Below are positions 52,945-62,973 of a stretch of 64,000 bases of DNA, in pieces; the first letter of the stretch is position 1; each line of letters begins with the position of its first letter. The DNA is from an uncultured Chloroflexia bacterium (GTDB lineage Bacteria > Chloroflexota > Limnocylindria > Limnocylindrales > CSP1-4). Below the pieces are notes generated by a model. It did no database searches and had not been told where the DNA came from. It saw nothing but the letters and a program-made list of their open reading frames with translations. The stretch spans positions 832,001 through 896,000 of the forward strand of contig CAVYIM010000003.1 of the NCBI GenBank assembly GCA_963768655.1. The letters run 5' to 3'. The position numbers were made by a program, and so were the translations under genes.

Positions 52945-53141
52945 GGCGTGGCGGCACGGGCGGGGTGTGGCCGCGCGGGGTGGCGGGGCGCGGGGCAGAG
53001 GGCGGGGGCGTGGCCGCGGCGGTGTGGCCGCGCGGGGAGTGGCCGCGCGGGGGGTGTGGCCGCGCGGGGGGTGTGGCCGCGCGGGGGGGTCTGGCCGCGC
53101 GGGGGGGTGTGGCCGCGCGGGGGGCGTGGCCGCGCGCGGGG
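52945..53141 (+). repeat. G-rich imperfect tandem repeat, core TGGCCGCGCGGGG
   Basis: About 8-9 copies of 16-19 bp with variable G runs. Confidence 0.85.
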
Positions 53142-53210
53142 CATGAGGGCCGGGCGTAGCGGCGCGGGGCCGAGCCGCGGGGCGCTGCGGCGCCTTGTGG
53201 CCCCGCTTTT

Positions 53211-53438
53211 CCCTAATACGCATGGGCTGAGTACTAAGTTGCGGGGTGGACCTGCGGATCGACCCAGGCACCCCGTCCGGGCTCCTTCGGGGTCCGCGCG
53301 GTCGGGTCGAGACCCGGCACGGCGCTCGTTGGGGGATCGAGCGGGCGGAGGCGCGCCGCGGTCGAGCGCTTCGGCCGCCTCGAAACGCGCTGGGTGCAGC
53401 CTCGGCTGTCCACAGTACTCACCCGATGCGTATTAGGG
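53211..53438. repeat. 25-bp inverted repeat pair (53211-53235 and 53414-53438)
   Basis: CCCTAATACGCATGGGCTGAGTACT versus the reverse complement of AGTACTCACCCGATGCGTATTAGGG; 23/25 identical. Confidence 0.8.
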
Positions 53439-54091
53439 AGGAACCAGACGCCGCGCAGGGGCCCGACCGGCTCCGCTAGCCAGCGGCGCACGTCGCGGCT
53501 GCGCGCCGGCAGGGCGGCGGCAAACAGCGCGGCATGCCGGGCCACGGCCGCGCGGTGAACGTTCGCGTCGGGGAGCACGAGAACGGCGGCGACGTCCTTG
53601 GGCACCCAGCCATGCTCCGACCGGACAACGCGCGGCACAACCCGGGCCTTCATGTCGAGTGTCCGCACGGTGTCCTGCAGGTCCACCAGCTCCGTCTTGA
53701 TCTCGACGACAAGGAGGGCCCGGCAGTCGGGCCGCCAGGCCAGGATGTCGACCGATCCGCGCTCGCCGTAGAAGTTGAACGACTCCTCGACGCGCACTTC
53801 CCAACCGGCGCCCGAGAGCAGGCGCGCCACCAGATCCTGCAACTGAGCGTGCCTTCGATCGAGCAGCCGAGCCAGCCTGGGTCCGCGCCATCTCAGTCCG
53901 ATCGTGAGGTCCGCCTCGAGCGTTGCGGCTATGGCCTCCAGGGCGTCCGCCGAAACGGGTCCGAACCTGCCGCGCTCGACGCGCGAGACGGTCTGTTGCG
54001 AGGTGCCGGCCCGGACGGCGACGTCGGCCTGCCGGAGTCCGAGCTCCAGGCGGATGGCGCGAAAGGTTGTGCCGAGATGGACGCGATCCAC
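53234..54091 (-). CDS. XRE-HTH + PD-(D/E)XK nuclease-like protein
   Basis: RQADVAVRAGTSQQTVSRVERG HTH; E..F..YGERGSVDILAW..LLVVEIKT. Confidence 0.8.
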   Translation of the reverse strand: MDRVHLGTTFRAIRLELGLRQADVAVRAGTSQQTVSRVERGRFGPVSADALEAIAATLEADLTIGLRWRGPRLARLLDRRHAQLQDLVARLLSGAGWEVRVEESFNFYGERGSVDILAWRPDCRALLVVEIKTELVDLQDTVRTLDMKARVVPRVVRSEHGWVPKDVAAVLVLPDANVHRAAVARHAALFAAALPARSRDVRRWLAEPVGPLRGVWFLPNTHRVSTVDSRGCTQRVSRRPKRSTAARLRPLDPPTSAVPGLDPTARTPKEPGRGAWVDPQVHPAT

Positions 54092-54205
54092 GGCGTGAGA
54101 ATGAGTTGGCCGACTTCACTCGGCCTTATCTGCAGCCAGGGCGTCGCCGCGGATCCGGCGCCCGGTCGGCCCAGTTGGGCGCCCCTCGTCGAGATCAGCG
54201 GCCCT

Positions 54206-55048
54206 CTACGCCCGCGCCAGGCGATCCAGCGCGGCCGCCAGCTCAGCGGCGTCCGCGGCGACTTCGGTCGGGCGCTCGGCGGCGGGGAGGGCCGCGAGCT
54301 GCGCCGCGGTGCTGATGCCTGTCAGCATCAGGACGGAGCGCGCGCCGACGGCGATGGCCGCCGGAATGTCAGTGATCAGGCTGTCGCCGATCATCACGGC
54401 CTCGGTCACGGGCCGGCCCATGGCGTGGGCCGCGACTTCGAGCAGCAGCGGCCCGGGCTTGCCGAGCGAAACCGGCTCGACGCCGCTGGCGGTCGCGATG
54501 GCCGCGACCACGGACCCGGCCCCGGGCATCAGGCCGTGCTCCATCGGGTAGATCGGGTCGCGGTTGGTGGCGACGAAGCGCGCGCCGGCTCGAATGGCGG
54601 CGGCGGCGACGGCGAGTCGGGCATAGGTGAATTCCAGATCGAGGCCGACGACGACGGTGTCCACACCGCGGGTCGCAGCGGCGGCGTCCCGGCCGTTGGC
54701 GGTCCAGCGCTCGGCCGCTTCAGCGGAAGGCATGACTTCGATCCCGACGTCGCGCAGCTCATGGACGAGCCCGGCGCCTCCGACCACGAGCGCGCAGACC
54801 GGCCGCGGCGACTGTTCGGCCAGGTACAGCGCCGTGGCGCGGGCCGAGGAAACGATCCGGTCGGGCGAGACCGGAGCCCCCATACTCGACAGGCGGGTAA
54901 CGTAATCCGCGCGGTACCACATCGAATTGTTGGTGACGTACACGACGTCGTCGCAGGCGGCGGCCCGAGCGGTCAGGACGGCGGCGACGCCGGGCACGGG
55001 CGCCGCGCCGCGATAGACGACACCATCGAGATCGACGAGCAGGAGCAC
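54206..55048 (-). CDS. HAD-IIA (NagD-like) hydrolase
   Basis: DLDGVVYRG, YVTNNS, ATNRD, GKPGP, IGDSLITDI; TAGCAT 7 nt before GTG. Confidence 0.93.
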   Translation of the reverse strand: MLLLVDLDGVVYRGAAPVPGVAAVLTARAAACDDVVYVTNNSMWYRADYVTRLSSMGAPVSPDRIVSSARATALYLAEQSPRPVCALVVGGAGLVHELRDVGIEVMPSAEAAERWTANGRDAAAATRGVDTVVVGLDLEFTYARLAVAAAAIRAGARFVATNRDPIYPMEHGLMPGAGSVVAAIATASGVEPVSLGKPGPLLLEVAAHAMGRPVTEAVMIGDSLITDIPAAIAVGARSVLMLTGISTAAQLAALPAAERPTEVAADAAELAAALDRLARA

Positions 55049-55080
55049 GAATGGGATGCTAGCCGACGGGCGCCTCGACC

Positions 55081-55737
55081 GTGACGCGGGCCGCACCGGA
55101 CTCCGAGCCGGCGCGGGCGCGCCGGAGTGGCTCGGTGCCTGACGATCGCCGCGTCCTCGAGGGCATTTCGCGCCTGGTCGTCGACGGCACGAACGTCCTG
55201 CACGCGATCCGGCGGTCGCCGGCGCCACTCCCCGCCGCGGCCCTGATCGGGCGACTCCGCGCCATCGTGCCGGCGGCTGTGACGATCACCGTCGTCCTCG
55301 ATGGCTCGCCGGAGCATGGGCTGGTCGCTCGCCACGTCGCTTCGGGCGTGGAGGTTCGGTACGCCGGGCGGTCCACCGCCGACGAGCTGATCGCCCACCT
55401 TCTCGAAGATCTGCGGAGCGAGAATTCGGGCACGCTGGTAGTCACCGACGACATCGAGCTGTCGAGCGTGGTCAGGCGATCGGGCGGTCGAACGGCTCGA
55501 ACCGGCTGGCTGATCGGCCGGCTCGAGCGCCAGCGCCTCGTCGCCCCCGCCCCCGGTCGGCCCGGTCTGGCGCCGCCGCCCGCGGCATCGATCGGTCAGG
55601 GAACCGGGCGGGCGGGCTCGAACGCCGGAGCTGATGGCGGGGACACGAGCGAAGCCGATTCGCCGCGCTGGTCGCCGGGCCGCGGCGCCACCCGCAAGCG
55701 AGGTCCATCGCGTCGCCGCCCGGCGGGGGAGCGGTAG
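55081..55737 (+). CDS. NYN (YacP-like, PIN-fold) domain protein
   Basis: VVDGTNV, VVLDG, TADELI, VVTDDIEL. Confidence 0.8.
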   Translation: MTRAAPDSEPARARRSGSVPDDRRVLEGISRLVVDGTNVLHAIRRSPAPLPAAALIGRLRAIVPAAVTITVVLDGSPEHGLVARHVASGVEVRYAGRSTADELIAHLLEDLRSENSGTLVVTDDIELSSVVRRSGGRTARTGWLIGRLERQRLVAPAPGRPGLAPPPAASIGQGTGRAGSNAGADGGDTSEADSPRWSPGRGATRKRGPSRRRPAGER

Positions 55738-56035
55738 GTTTCGCGCGCTTTCGCCGCGCGATTCTGCCCCGCGCCGCCGCTTCGCCCGCGCCGCCGCTTC
55801 GCCCCCCGCCGCCGCTTCGCCCTGCGCCGCCCGGGTTCCAGGGTGTATCGAATTCATGCGCCCTGGATTGAACTTCTTCCTTCGAATAGACTGGCCTCAG
55901 ACTCTTTCGGTGCCCGCCGGCAAGTTTCTGCGTCATTCGAGTGATGCCCTAGCCGCACGGTCGGGTTCAGCATTGCCATCGCCGGGCCGTCGTCCGGAGC
56001 GCGGCGGTGTCGCCACACCCTAAACGGGGAAGAAC

Positions 56036-57139
56036 TTGGACGCTCGGGTGCCACCCGGGGAGCGTCAACCGGAGACCGCGGCATCGCCTCGGTTGCCGGA
56101 GGACTTGCACGACCGGATCGGCCAGATGGTGTTGGTCGGCTTCCGCGGCATGACGCCGCACGAGGCCGAGCCGACGCTGCGGCAGATTCGAGCGGGTTCG
56201 ATCGGTGGCGTCGTGCTCTATGACGTCGACGCCCAGACCGGCGGTCCTCGAAACGTCAAGTCGCCGCGCCAGCTGAGCGAGCTGGTGATCGCGGTCAAGG
56301 CCGCGGGCCCGATCCCTCCGCTCGTGACGCTCGATGCCGAAGGCGGCTTCTTCCACAAGCTCAAGACGCAGTACGGCTTCCCGCCAACGGCCGCGCCCGC
56401 CGACGTTGGAGAGCGTAACGACCTCGCTTTCACTCGATACAACGCCAGCGTGATCGCCGACATGCTGGTCGAGCTCGGCATCGACATGAACCTCGCGCCG
56501 GTCGTGGATCTCTTGAACCCGGCAAACGCGCACGCCGGCCGCGGCCGCCGAACGCTCGCGTCGGATCCGGCGACCGTGATCGCCCACGCCCGTGAGTTCA
56601 TCTTGACCCATCGGGAGCGCGGCATCCTCACGACTCTCAAGCACTTCCCGGGCATGCGTGGCACGCTGAAGCCCTATTCACCGGGCCTCAATGAGGTGAT
56701 CGAGGACTGGTCCGAGATTGAGCTCGAACCGTTCCGGGGACTCATCAACGAGGGTCTCGCCGATGCCATCTTGACGACCCGGGTGTTGTTCCCTCAGCTG
56801 GACCCCGACTATCCGGCCTGCCTGTCGAAGAAGATCGTCGGCGGCCTGCTGCGAACGGAGCTCGGCTTCGAGGGAGTGGCCATCTCGGATCCGATGGAGA
56901 TGCAGGCGGTCTGGGACGCGTTCGGCTTCGCGGCGGGAACCGTGCGCGCCGTCAACGCCGGGATCGACCTCGTGCTGCTGTGCAACTACTCGAGCGTGGT
57001 GCCGTACAGCGACGAGAGGGCCGACGAGATGATCCGCGTTCTGTCGGAGGCGGTCGCTCGAGGCGAGGTCGCGGAGTCGCGGATCGACGACGCCTGCCGG
57101 CGAGTCCTCACCCTGAAGGCGCGCCGGGCCCGCGCCTGA
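56036..57139 (+). CDS. Glycoside hydrolase family 3 N-terminal domain (NagZ-like)
   Basis: IGQMVLVGF, DAEGG, NLAPVVD, KHFPG, LRTELGFEGVAISDPMEM. Confidence 0.88.
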   Translation: MDARVPPGERQPETAASPRLPEDLHDRIGQMVLVGFRGMTPHEAEPTLRQIRAGSIGGVVLYDVDAQTGGPRNVKSPRQLSELVIAVKAAGPIPPLVTLDAEGGFFHKLKTQYGFPPTAAPADVGERNDLAFTRYNASVIADMLVELGIDMNLAPVVDLLNPANAHAGRGRRTLASDPATVIAHAREFILTHRERGILTTLKHFPGMRGTLKPYSPGLNEVIEDWSEIELEPFRGLINEGLADAILTTRVLFPQLDPDYPACLSKKIVGGLLRTELGFEGVAISDPMEMQAVWDAFGFAAGTVRAVNAGIDLVLLCNYSSVVPYSDERADEMIRVLSEAVARGEVAESRIDDACRRVLTLKARRARA

Positions 57140-57208
57140 GCGCCGAGGCTGGCCGCGCCCTCCCAAACGCGCGCCGGGCCCGCGTCTGAACGCCCGACGC
57201 CCGGCTGG

Positions 57209-59971
57209 TTATGCGGCGTTGGCGCGGGAAGGGTTGTTGGCCGCACGCTCGCGCAGCAGGTTCGTGATCGCGTCGCATGGGAGCGGCCGCGAGAAGAGAT
57301 AGCCCTGGCCGATGTCGCACTGGAGCGTGCGCAACCGATCCGCCTGCTCCACGCGCTCCACGCCTTCCGCGACCGTTTCGAGGCGCAGCGTCTTGCCGAT
57401 CCGGATCATCGCGTCCACCAGGGCGCTGGAGGTGGGCTCCGTGGCGACGCCGTCGACGAAGGATTTGTCGATCTTGAGGATGTCCACCGGGAAGCGGCGC
57501 AGGTATGCGAACGACGAGTAGCCGGTGCCGAAGTCGTCGATCGCCAGCCGCACCCCCAGGGACTTGAGCTGGTAGAGCCGGTTGAGTGTCGCCGCCGTGT
57601 CGACCATGAGGACGCTCTCGGTGATCTCCAGGACGAGACGGTTCGGCAGCAGGCCGGTGTCGTCGAGCGCGTCGGCGATGTCGCGCACGATGTTGGGATG
57701 ACGGAGCTGACGGGCGGAGAGGTTCACGTTGAGAGCGATGGGCTCGCCGGCGGGGATCTCCTGCTGCCACACTCGAACCTGGCGACACGCTTCTTTGATC
57801 GTCCACTGACCCAGCGGCACGATCAGGCCGCTCTCCTCGGCCAGCGGGATGAACTCCATTGGCGGAACGAGGCCACGGCGCGGGTGCTGCCAGCGAACCA
57901 GCGCTTCGACGCCGGTCAGCCGACCGGTGTGCAGGTCGATCGTGGGCTGGTAGTGGAGCACGAACTGCCCCTCCTCGATCGCCGTCCGGAGCTCCGACTC
58001 GACCTGGATGCGGCGGATCGCGTCGGCATGCATCTCCGGATCGAAGAGCGCGTAGCCGGTTTCGCTGACCCGCGCCCGGTGCATGGCCACGGCCCCGTTG
58101 CGGAGCAGGTCTTCGCCCGTCTCTTCGCCACCCATTGATACGACGATGCCGATGTGGGGCTGCAGCTCGACCTGCGCCCCGGGGAGCTGGATCGGCTGGC
58201 GCAGCGCGCTCATGATCCGTTCCATCGCCATAGTGGCGTCGACGGACGAAGTGAGCCGGTCGAGGAGCAGGCCGAACTCGTCGCTGCTCAACCGCGCGAC
58301 CGTGTCCTCGCCCCGAACGCACGTCCGTAGCCGGTCCGCCACCATCACCAGCGCAGCCTCGCCCGCGCTGTAGCCGAGGCTGTCGTTCAGGCGGTTGAAG
58401 CCCTCCATGTCGCAGTAGAGAAGGGCCAACGTCGTGTTGTGGCGCTTGGCCTGGAGGAGCGCGTGCTCGAGGCGGTTGATGAACAGGGCCCGGTTCGCCA
58501 GCCCGGTCAGGGAGTCGTGGAAAGCCTGGTGTCGTAGCTCGGCCTCGAGGGCGTGGCGCTGGGTGACGTCGCGGGTGTTGAGGACGATGCCCGCGATCGC
58601 GGGCACGTTCATGAGGTTCGAGATTCGGGTTTCCGTGTGTCGCCACGAGCCGTCGGCGTGGCGGATGCGGCACTCGCACACCAGAGGAGCGGTCGCGTCC
58701 TCCACGGCGCGACGGTAATTGAGTCGCATCGGCTCCACGTCGTCGGGATGGACCAGCTCGAGGAGATCGCGGCCGACGATGTCGTGGACCTCGTAGCCGA
58801 AGACCTGCCGCACGGAGGGCGACTGGAACCGCACGTGACCGTCGGGCCCGGCGATGCTGATAACGTCGCTGGAGGCCTGGATCAAGGCCTCGAAGCGCTC
58901 CGAGCTCTGGATCTCGATGGCGCGCTCCTGGAGGTCGGTCCGCGACAGGGCCAGCGATACCTGCGTGGTCAGAGTTCGGATCGCGGTGGGCAGCTCATCC
59001 GGGATCGGCTCGGGCGACTCCACGATCAGCATGCCCCGTACCGCGTCTTCGACGCTCACGCTCGTCAGGAGAACATCCCCGTCGCGGAACGGGCCGGGCC
59101 GTTCGAGAGCGGGTGAAGGCTCGCTGCCCGGGCCGGCCTCGCCGGCCGCATCCGAACGCAGCAGGCGCTGCTCGGCCAGTCCGTCACCGGCAGGCGCCAT
59201 CGAGGACCCTTCGATGATCCGACCCCTGGCCTCGTCGGCGCCGTCTCCAATCGCGTCGAGCACGGTGAAGCGCAGCGGCCGGCCGTCCGGTTCTGCGGCC
59301 ATGGCCAGGCTGACGCGGACGCCGGTCAGGGTTCCGCACAGAGCCAGCCCGCTCTCGACCACGGCTGCGGCTATCTCCGTGAGATCGGATGCGGCCACGA
59401 GGTCGAGGCCGGTCGCGGCCAGTACCTGCTCCCGCCGGGACGTGGCCTCGTACAGCGCGATCGAGTTGACCATGCCGCTCATCAGGCAGGCCACGATGAC
59501 GAATCCGACGGCGAAGACGACGGCGATCGTGAGCGCTGCCGGATCGGCGAGCCCCTCGCCGATCTCGATCGCCACCATGGCGGTCGTTCGGAGCAGCACA
59601 TGCGGAAGCGAGCCGTAGGCCGATGTGAAGATCACGGCCGCGGCCAGCAGGGCGAAGAGGTAGCCGTGCCAGCGGTCGTCTACGGCTACGGCTATCAGGC
59701 ACATGCTGCCGATCGTCAGCGCGTCCCCGAGCGGCCCCATAGATCCATTGCGATGACTGCTCAGCCAGGTCACTACCAGGACGGGCGGCGCGATCAGGCC
59801 CAGGCTCCAGAAGAGGGGCACGTCGGGTCGGGAGACGAGGACCATGGGGAAGATGCCGGCGACGGTGAGCAGCCCGAGCGCAAGCAGCAGCAGCTGCAGG
59901 CGGCCGAGCAAGTCGCGAGGGCGGGCTCCGGCGCGGAGACCCGCGAGGATCTTCTCCGTCTTGCGTGGCAC
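57209..59971 (-). CDS. Membrane PAS-GGDEF-EAL protein (degenerate GGDEF)
   Basis: TM N-terminus, PAS (VHPDD..RHADGSWR), HDSLTGLANR, RLSSDEF, EALVRW, DDFGTGYSS. Confidence 0.95.
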   Translation of the reverse strand: MPRKTEKILAGLRAGARPRDLLGRLQLLLLALGLLTVAGIFPMVLVSRPDVPLFWSLGLIAPPVLVVTWLSSHRNGSMGPLGDALTIGSMCLIAVAVDDRWHGYLFALLAAAVIFTSAYGSLPHVLLRTTAMVAIEIGEGLADPAALTIAVVFAVGFVIVACLMSGMVNSIALYEATSRREQVLAATGLDLVAASDLTEIAAAVVESGLALCGTLTGVRVSLAMAAEPDGRPLRFTVLDAIGDGADEARGRIIEGSSMAPAGDGLAEQRLLRSDAAGEAGPGSEPSPALERPGPFRDGDVLLTSVSVEDAVRGMLIVESPEPIPDELPTAIRTLTTQVSLALSRTDLQERAIEIQSSERFEALIQASSDVISIAGPDGHVRFQSPSVRQVFGYEVHDIVGRDLLELVHPDDVEPMRLNYRRAVEDATAPLVCECRIRHADGSWRHTETRISNLMNVPAIAGIVLNTRDVTQRHALEAELRHQAFHDSLTGLANRALFINRLEHALLQAKRHNTTLALLYCDMEGFNRLNDSLGYSAGEAALVMVADRLRTCVRGEDTVARLSSDEFGLLLDRLTSSVDATMAMERIMSALRQPIQLPGAQVELQPHIGIVVSMGGEETGEDLLRNGAVAMHRARVSETGYALFDPEMHADAIRRIQVESELRTAIEEGQFVLHYQPTIDLHTGRLTGVEALVRWQHPRRGLVPPMEFIPLAEESGLIVPLGQWTIKEACRQVRVWQQEIPAGEPIALNVNLSARQLRHPNIVRDIADALDDTGLLPNRLVLEITESVLMVDTAATLNRLYQLKSLGVRLAIDDFGTGYSSFAYLRRFPVDILKIDKSFVDGVATEPTSSALVDAMIRIGKTLRLETVAEGVERVEQADRLRTLQCDIGQGYLFSRPLPCDAITNLLRERAANNPSRANAA

Positions 59972-60169
59972 CGAGTTTCCCTGTGCCTCCGGGTCCGAAA
60001 GAGCAGGCGGTGGGTACTGGACGCCAGGGCCCAGACTCAGGCCCTACCTTCGGCGTCGGACGCGGTCGCGCGCGACTGAGGGTCTACCCGTACGTCGATT
60101 GGAGGATCTTGCGCTGGGGTCATCGTTCGCGGGCCGGCATGGGCGGGGCGGTGTAGCATCGCCGCGATC

Positions 60170-61297
60170 ATGTCGTCCTCGAATCGGCCCTCACCATCCG
60201 GGTTGGATGCCGACAAGCGCCCGCTGGATCTCCTCCGGTTCGACCACTTCGGACCCGAGGAGTACGAGCTGACGCCTGCGGAGGACGAATCCGATGACGG
60301 CGACTACTCGGACGACGGGTGGCGGGCCAGGTTCAGGGCCGCGACCGTCTGGATTCTTGCGCGCGTGGCCTGGGTCGGGCTGGCTGCGGCGCTGTCGCTC
60401 GGCTCGGCGGGCCTCGTCGCCGCAACCGGACAGTCGCCGGCGAGCCAGAGCCGTCCCGAACTGACGTATGGGGCGGACCAGACGCTGTCGAGCCGCCTGG
60501 ACGCCGGCGTCCAGGCTCTGGCGAAGCTGAACGACGACGTGGTCGTGCTCGGTCAGATGGCTCGCAACGTGCTCGCCGACCTGTCGCAGATCAACCAGAA
60601 CGCGCTCAGCGCTGACTACCAGGACGGCGATCAGGCCGTCGCCGAGATCGAATCGGGTGCCGCCGCCCTCAGCACCACGCTCGAATGCAAACCGTGGCCG
60701 AGCACCCGGGACGCCGATCTGGCGAGAACGTACAGCCAGACCTTGATCGACCGCTGGCAAGCGGTATGCGCGGCCGTCGATTCGGTCGCTCCCCTGGCCG
60801 GCGACTGGGCCGACATGGAGAACGGTGCCGGCGTCGCCATGGAGGTGGCCAACGACATCAACGCCCACGACCAGAGCATCAAGGGGGCCCTGCAGTCCGC
60901 AACTTCGGGCCGATACCCCGACGCGCTCGTCCAGCTCGCGACCGCAGCAGCCTCGGTCGCGGACGCCCAGCACATTGCCGCCGAGCTCTCGCAGGTCACC
61001 GACGTCTCGACTCTGACCGACTGGCTGACCCGGACCAAGACATTCGATGACGCCCTGCAGCTGCTGTGGCAAGCGATGGTCGACTCGAATGGGAAGGTCA
61101 CGGCCCAGGTGACGGCCGCGCTCAAGGCGGAGGGCGCCGCGGAAGCCCTCCTGCCCGACAACAACTCCGTGCTTCAGGTCGTGCTCTACGAACTGGCGGG
61201 GAACTTGACCTCCGATGGACTCTCGATCGAGACTGCCAAGGGCCAGCTGGCCACAGCCCTGGCCGATCTCACCGGCGGCATGGTCGTCGGCCAGTAG
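60170..61297 (+). CDS. Hypothetical membrane-anchored alpha-helical protein
   Basis: One TM segment followed by Ala/Leu/Asp-rich helical repeats; GC3 bias. Confidence 0.75.
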   Translation: MSSSNRPSPSGLDADKRPLDLLRFDHFGPEEYELTPAEDESDDGDYSDDGWRARFRAATVWILARVAWVGLAAALSLGSAGLVAATGQSPASQSRPELTYGADQTLSSRLDAGVQALAKLNDDVVVLGQMARNVLADLSQINQNALSADYQDGDQAVAEIESGAAALSTTLECKPWPSTRDADLARTYSQTLIDRWQAVCAAVDSVAPLAGDWADMENGAGVAMEVANDINAHDQSIKGALQSATSGRYPDALVQLATAAASVADAQHIAAELSQVTDVSTLTDWLTRTKTFDDALQLLWQAMVDSNGKVTAQVTAALKAEGAAEALLPDNNSVLQVVLYELAGNLTSDGLSIETAKGQLATALADLTGGMVVGQ

Positions 61298-61454
61298 CGG
61301 CCGCTTCGATCCCTGCGGCGAGCGCGGCACGGGCCGTGGCAAGGGCGGGGCGAGTGGCTAGACTTGACACCTAAGTCATGGCCGGTCCGAGGTAGGCCGG
61401 CTACACCGTCACGTGGCGGCCGTGCGGCCGCTCCCAGCCCGGAGGATCATCGTC

Positions 61455-62966
61455 ATGCGGTTGCGTGTCGTCTCCGATCAGCCATGGGACGTGGCTGCGG
61501 ACGTGCTGGCCGTCCCGTTCGTCGGCGAGCCGCGGTTCGAGGCGAGCTTCGGCGAGATCGACCGCAGGTCGGGCGGCGAGCTTCACAGCCTGGCGGACTT
61601 CGGCGAACTCAAGGGGGAGCGATACGCGGCGGTGATCGTGGCCCCGGGTCAGCTGCGGGCGGGCCGGCTCGTCGCGATCGGCGCCGGTCCGGCCGACGAG
61701 CTGACGCGCCAGATCGTGGTCCGCATCGGCTCAGGCGTTGAGCGGCGCCTGGCCGGACGTCGGGTCAAGAGCCTGGCCATCTGGCTCGACGATCTTGCGG
61801 ATCGCCTCGAAGGCGGAGCCGAGGCGGTCGCGGAACTGCTCGCTCGAGGCGTCGTGGAGGGCAGCTTCGAGCCGGCGGAGATCTATCGGGACGACGTGAA
61901 GGCGGCCCCGCCGGCGCTGGACGAATTGATCCTGGTCGCTCCCGGCGGGAACCCGGCGGCGTTGACGCGGGCGGCTGAACGGGGCGTTGTGATGGGCGAG
62001 GGTGCCAACCTCGCTCGCGGCCTGGCCAATCGCTCTGCCAACGACGTCTCCCCGGAGGTGCTCGCCGGAGAGGCGCGCGCCATCGCCGAGCGCCACGGGC
62101 TGTCGATCGACGTGCTCGGGCCCGAGAAGGCGGCCGAGCTCGGGATGGGCATGTTCCTGGCGGTCGGCCGCGGCAGCGACAACCCGCCTCGAATGATCGT
62201 CCTGCGATCGGGCGATGCGGCCGCCAAGGATTCGGCGGGGCGGCGTCTGGCGATCGTGGGCAAGGGCGTCTGCTTCGACTCCGGCGGCATCAGCATCAAG
62301 CCGGCCGACCGGATGGAAGAGATGAAGATGGACAAGACCGGTGCCTGCACCGTCATTGCGGCCATCGCCACCGTGGCCCGTCTCGCGCCCGGGACCCCGC
62401 TCCTGGCCGTGGCTCCGGCCGTGGAGAACATGCCCGGCCCGCACTCGACGCGGCCGGGTGACGTGGTCAAGGCCATGAACGGCAAGACGGTCGACATCCT
62501 GAACACCGACGCCGAGGGCCGGCTGATCCTCGGCGACGCGATGTGCTACGCGGAGAAGCTCGGTGCGACGCACATCGTCGACGTCGCCACTCTCACGGGC
62601 GCCGTGGCCCGGGCGCTCGGCGACCAGGTGACCGGCACGTTCGGCGCTCCGCAGGCCTGGTACGACCAGGTCGCCGCGGCCGGCGCGCGCGCCGGCGAGC
62701 GCTACTGGCAGATGCCGTTCATCGAGGAGTACCGCGCCGATCTCGACAGCTGGTACGCGGACTTCACGAACACCGGGTCCGTGGAGGGCGGCTTGATCAA
62801 GAGCGCGCTCTTCCTGCGTGAGTTCGTCACCGTGCCGTGGGCCCATCTGGACATCGCCGGCACGGCGTACTTCCACAAGAAGACGCCCTACGCCCCGGCC
62901 GGCGCCACGGGTGTTTCTCACGCCACTCTCGTCGAGCTGGCCCTGGCCGGCGCGAAGAAGGATTAG
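61455..62966 (+). CDS. pepA: Leucyl aminopeptidase (M17)
   Basis: GKGVCFDSGG, MKMD, NTDAEGRL, ATLTGA, HLDIAG; GGAGG RBS. Confidence 0.96.
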   Translation: MRLRVVSDQPWDVAADVLAVPFVGEPRFEASFGEIDRRSGGELHSLADFGELKGERYAAVIVAPGQLRAGRLVAIGAGPADELTRQIVVRIGSGVERRLAGRRVKSLAIWLDDLADRLEGGAEAVAELLARGVVEGSFEPAEIYRDDVKAAPPALDELILVAPGGNPAALTRAAERGVVMGEGANLARGLANRSANDVSPEVLAGEARAIAERHGLSIDVLGPEKAAELGMGMFLAVGRGSDNPPRMIVLRSGDAAAKDSAGRRLAIVGKGVCFDSGGISIKPADRMEEMKMDKTGACTVIAAIATVARLAPGTPLLAVAPAVENMPGPHSTRPGDVVKAMNGKTVDILNTDAEGRLILGDAMCYAEKLGATHIVDVATLTGAVARALGDQVTGTFGAPQAWYDQVAAAGARAGERYWQMPFIEEYRADLDSWYADFTNTGSVEGGLIKSALFLREFVTVPWAHLDIAGTAYFHKKTPYAPAGATGVSHATLVELALAGAKKD

Positions 62967-62973
62967 CGGGGGA

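Noticed and set aside
52251-53141. Tandem repeats upstream of nrdJ as a CRISPR array
   Set aside because: Units are contiguous with no unique spacers, and no cas genes are in the window
55770-55832. CGCCGCCGCTTCGCCC x3 and similar short GC repeats (about 12605-12650, 40987-41009)
   Set aside because: Low-complexity intergenic slippage repeats with no further supporting structure
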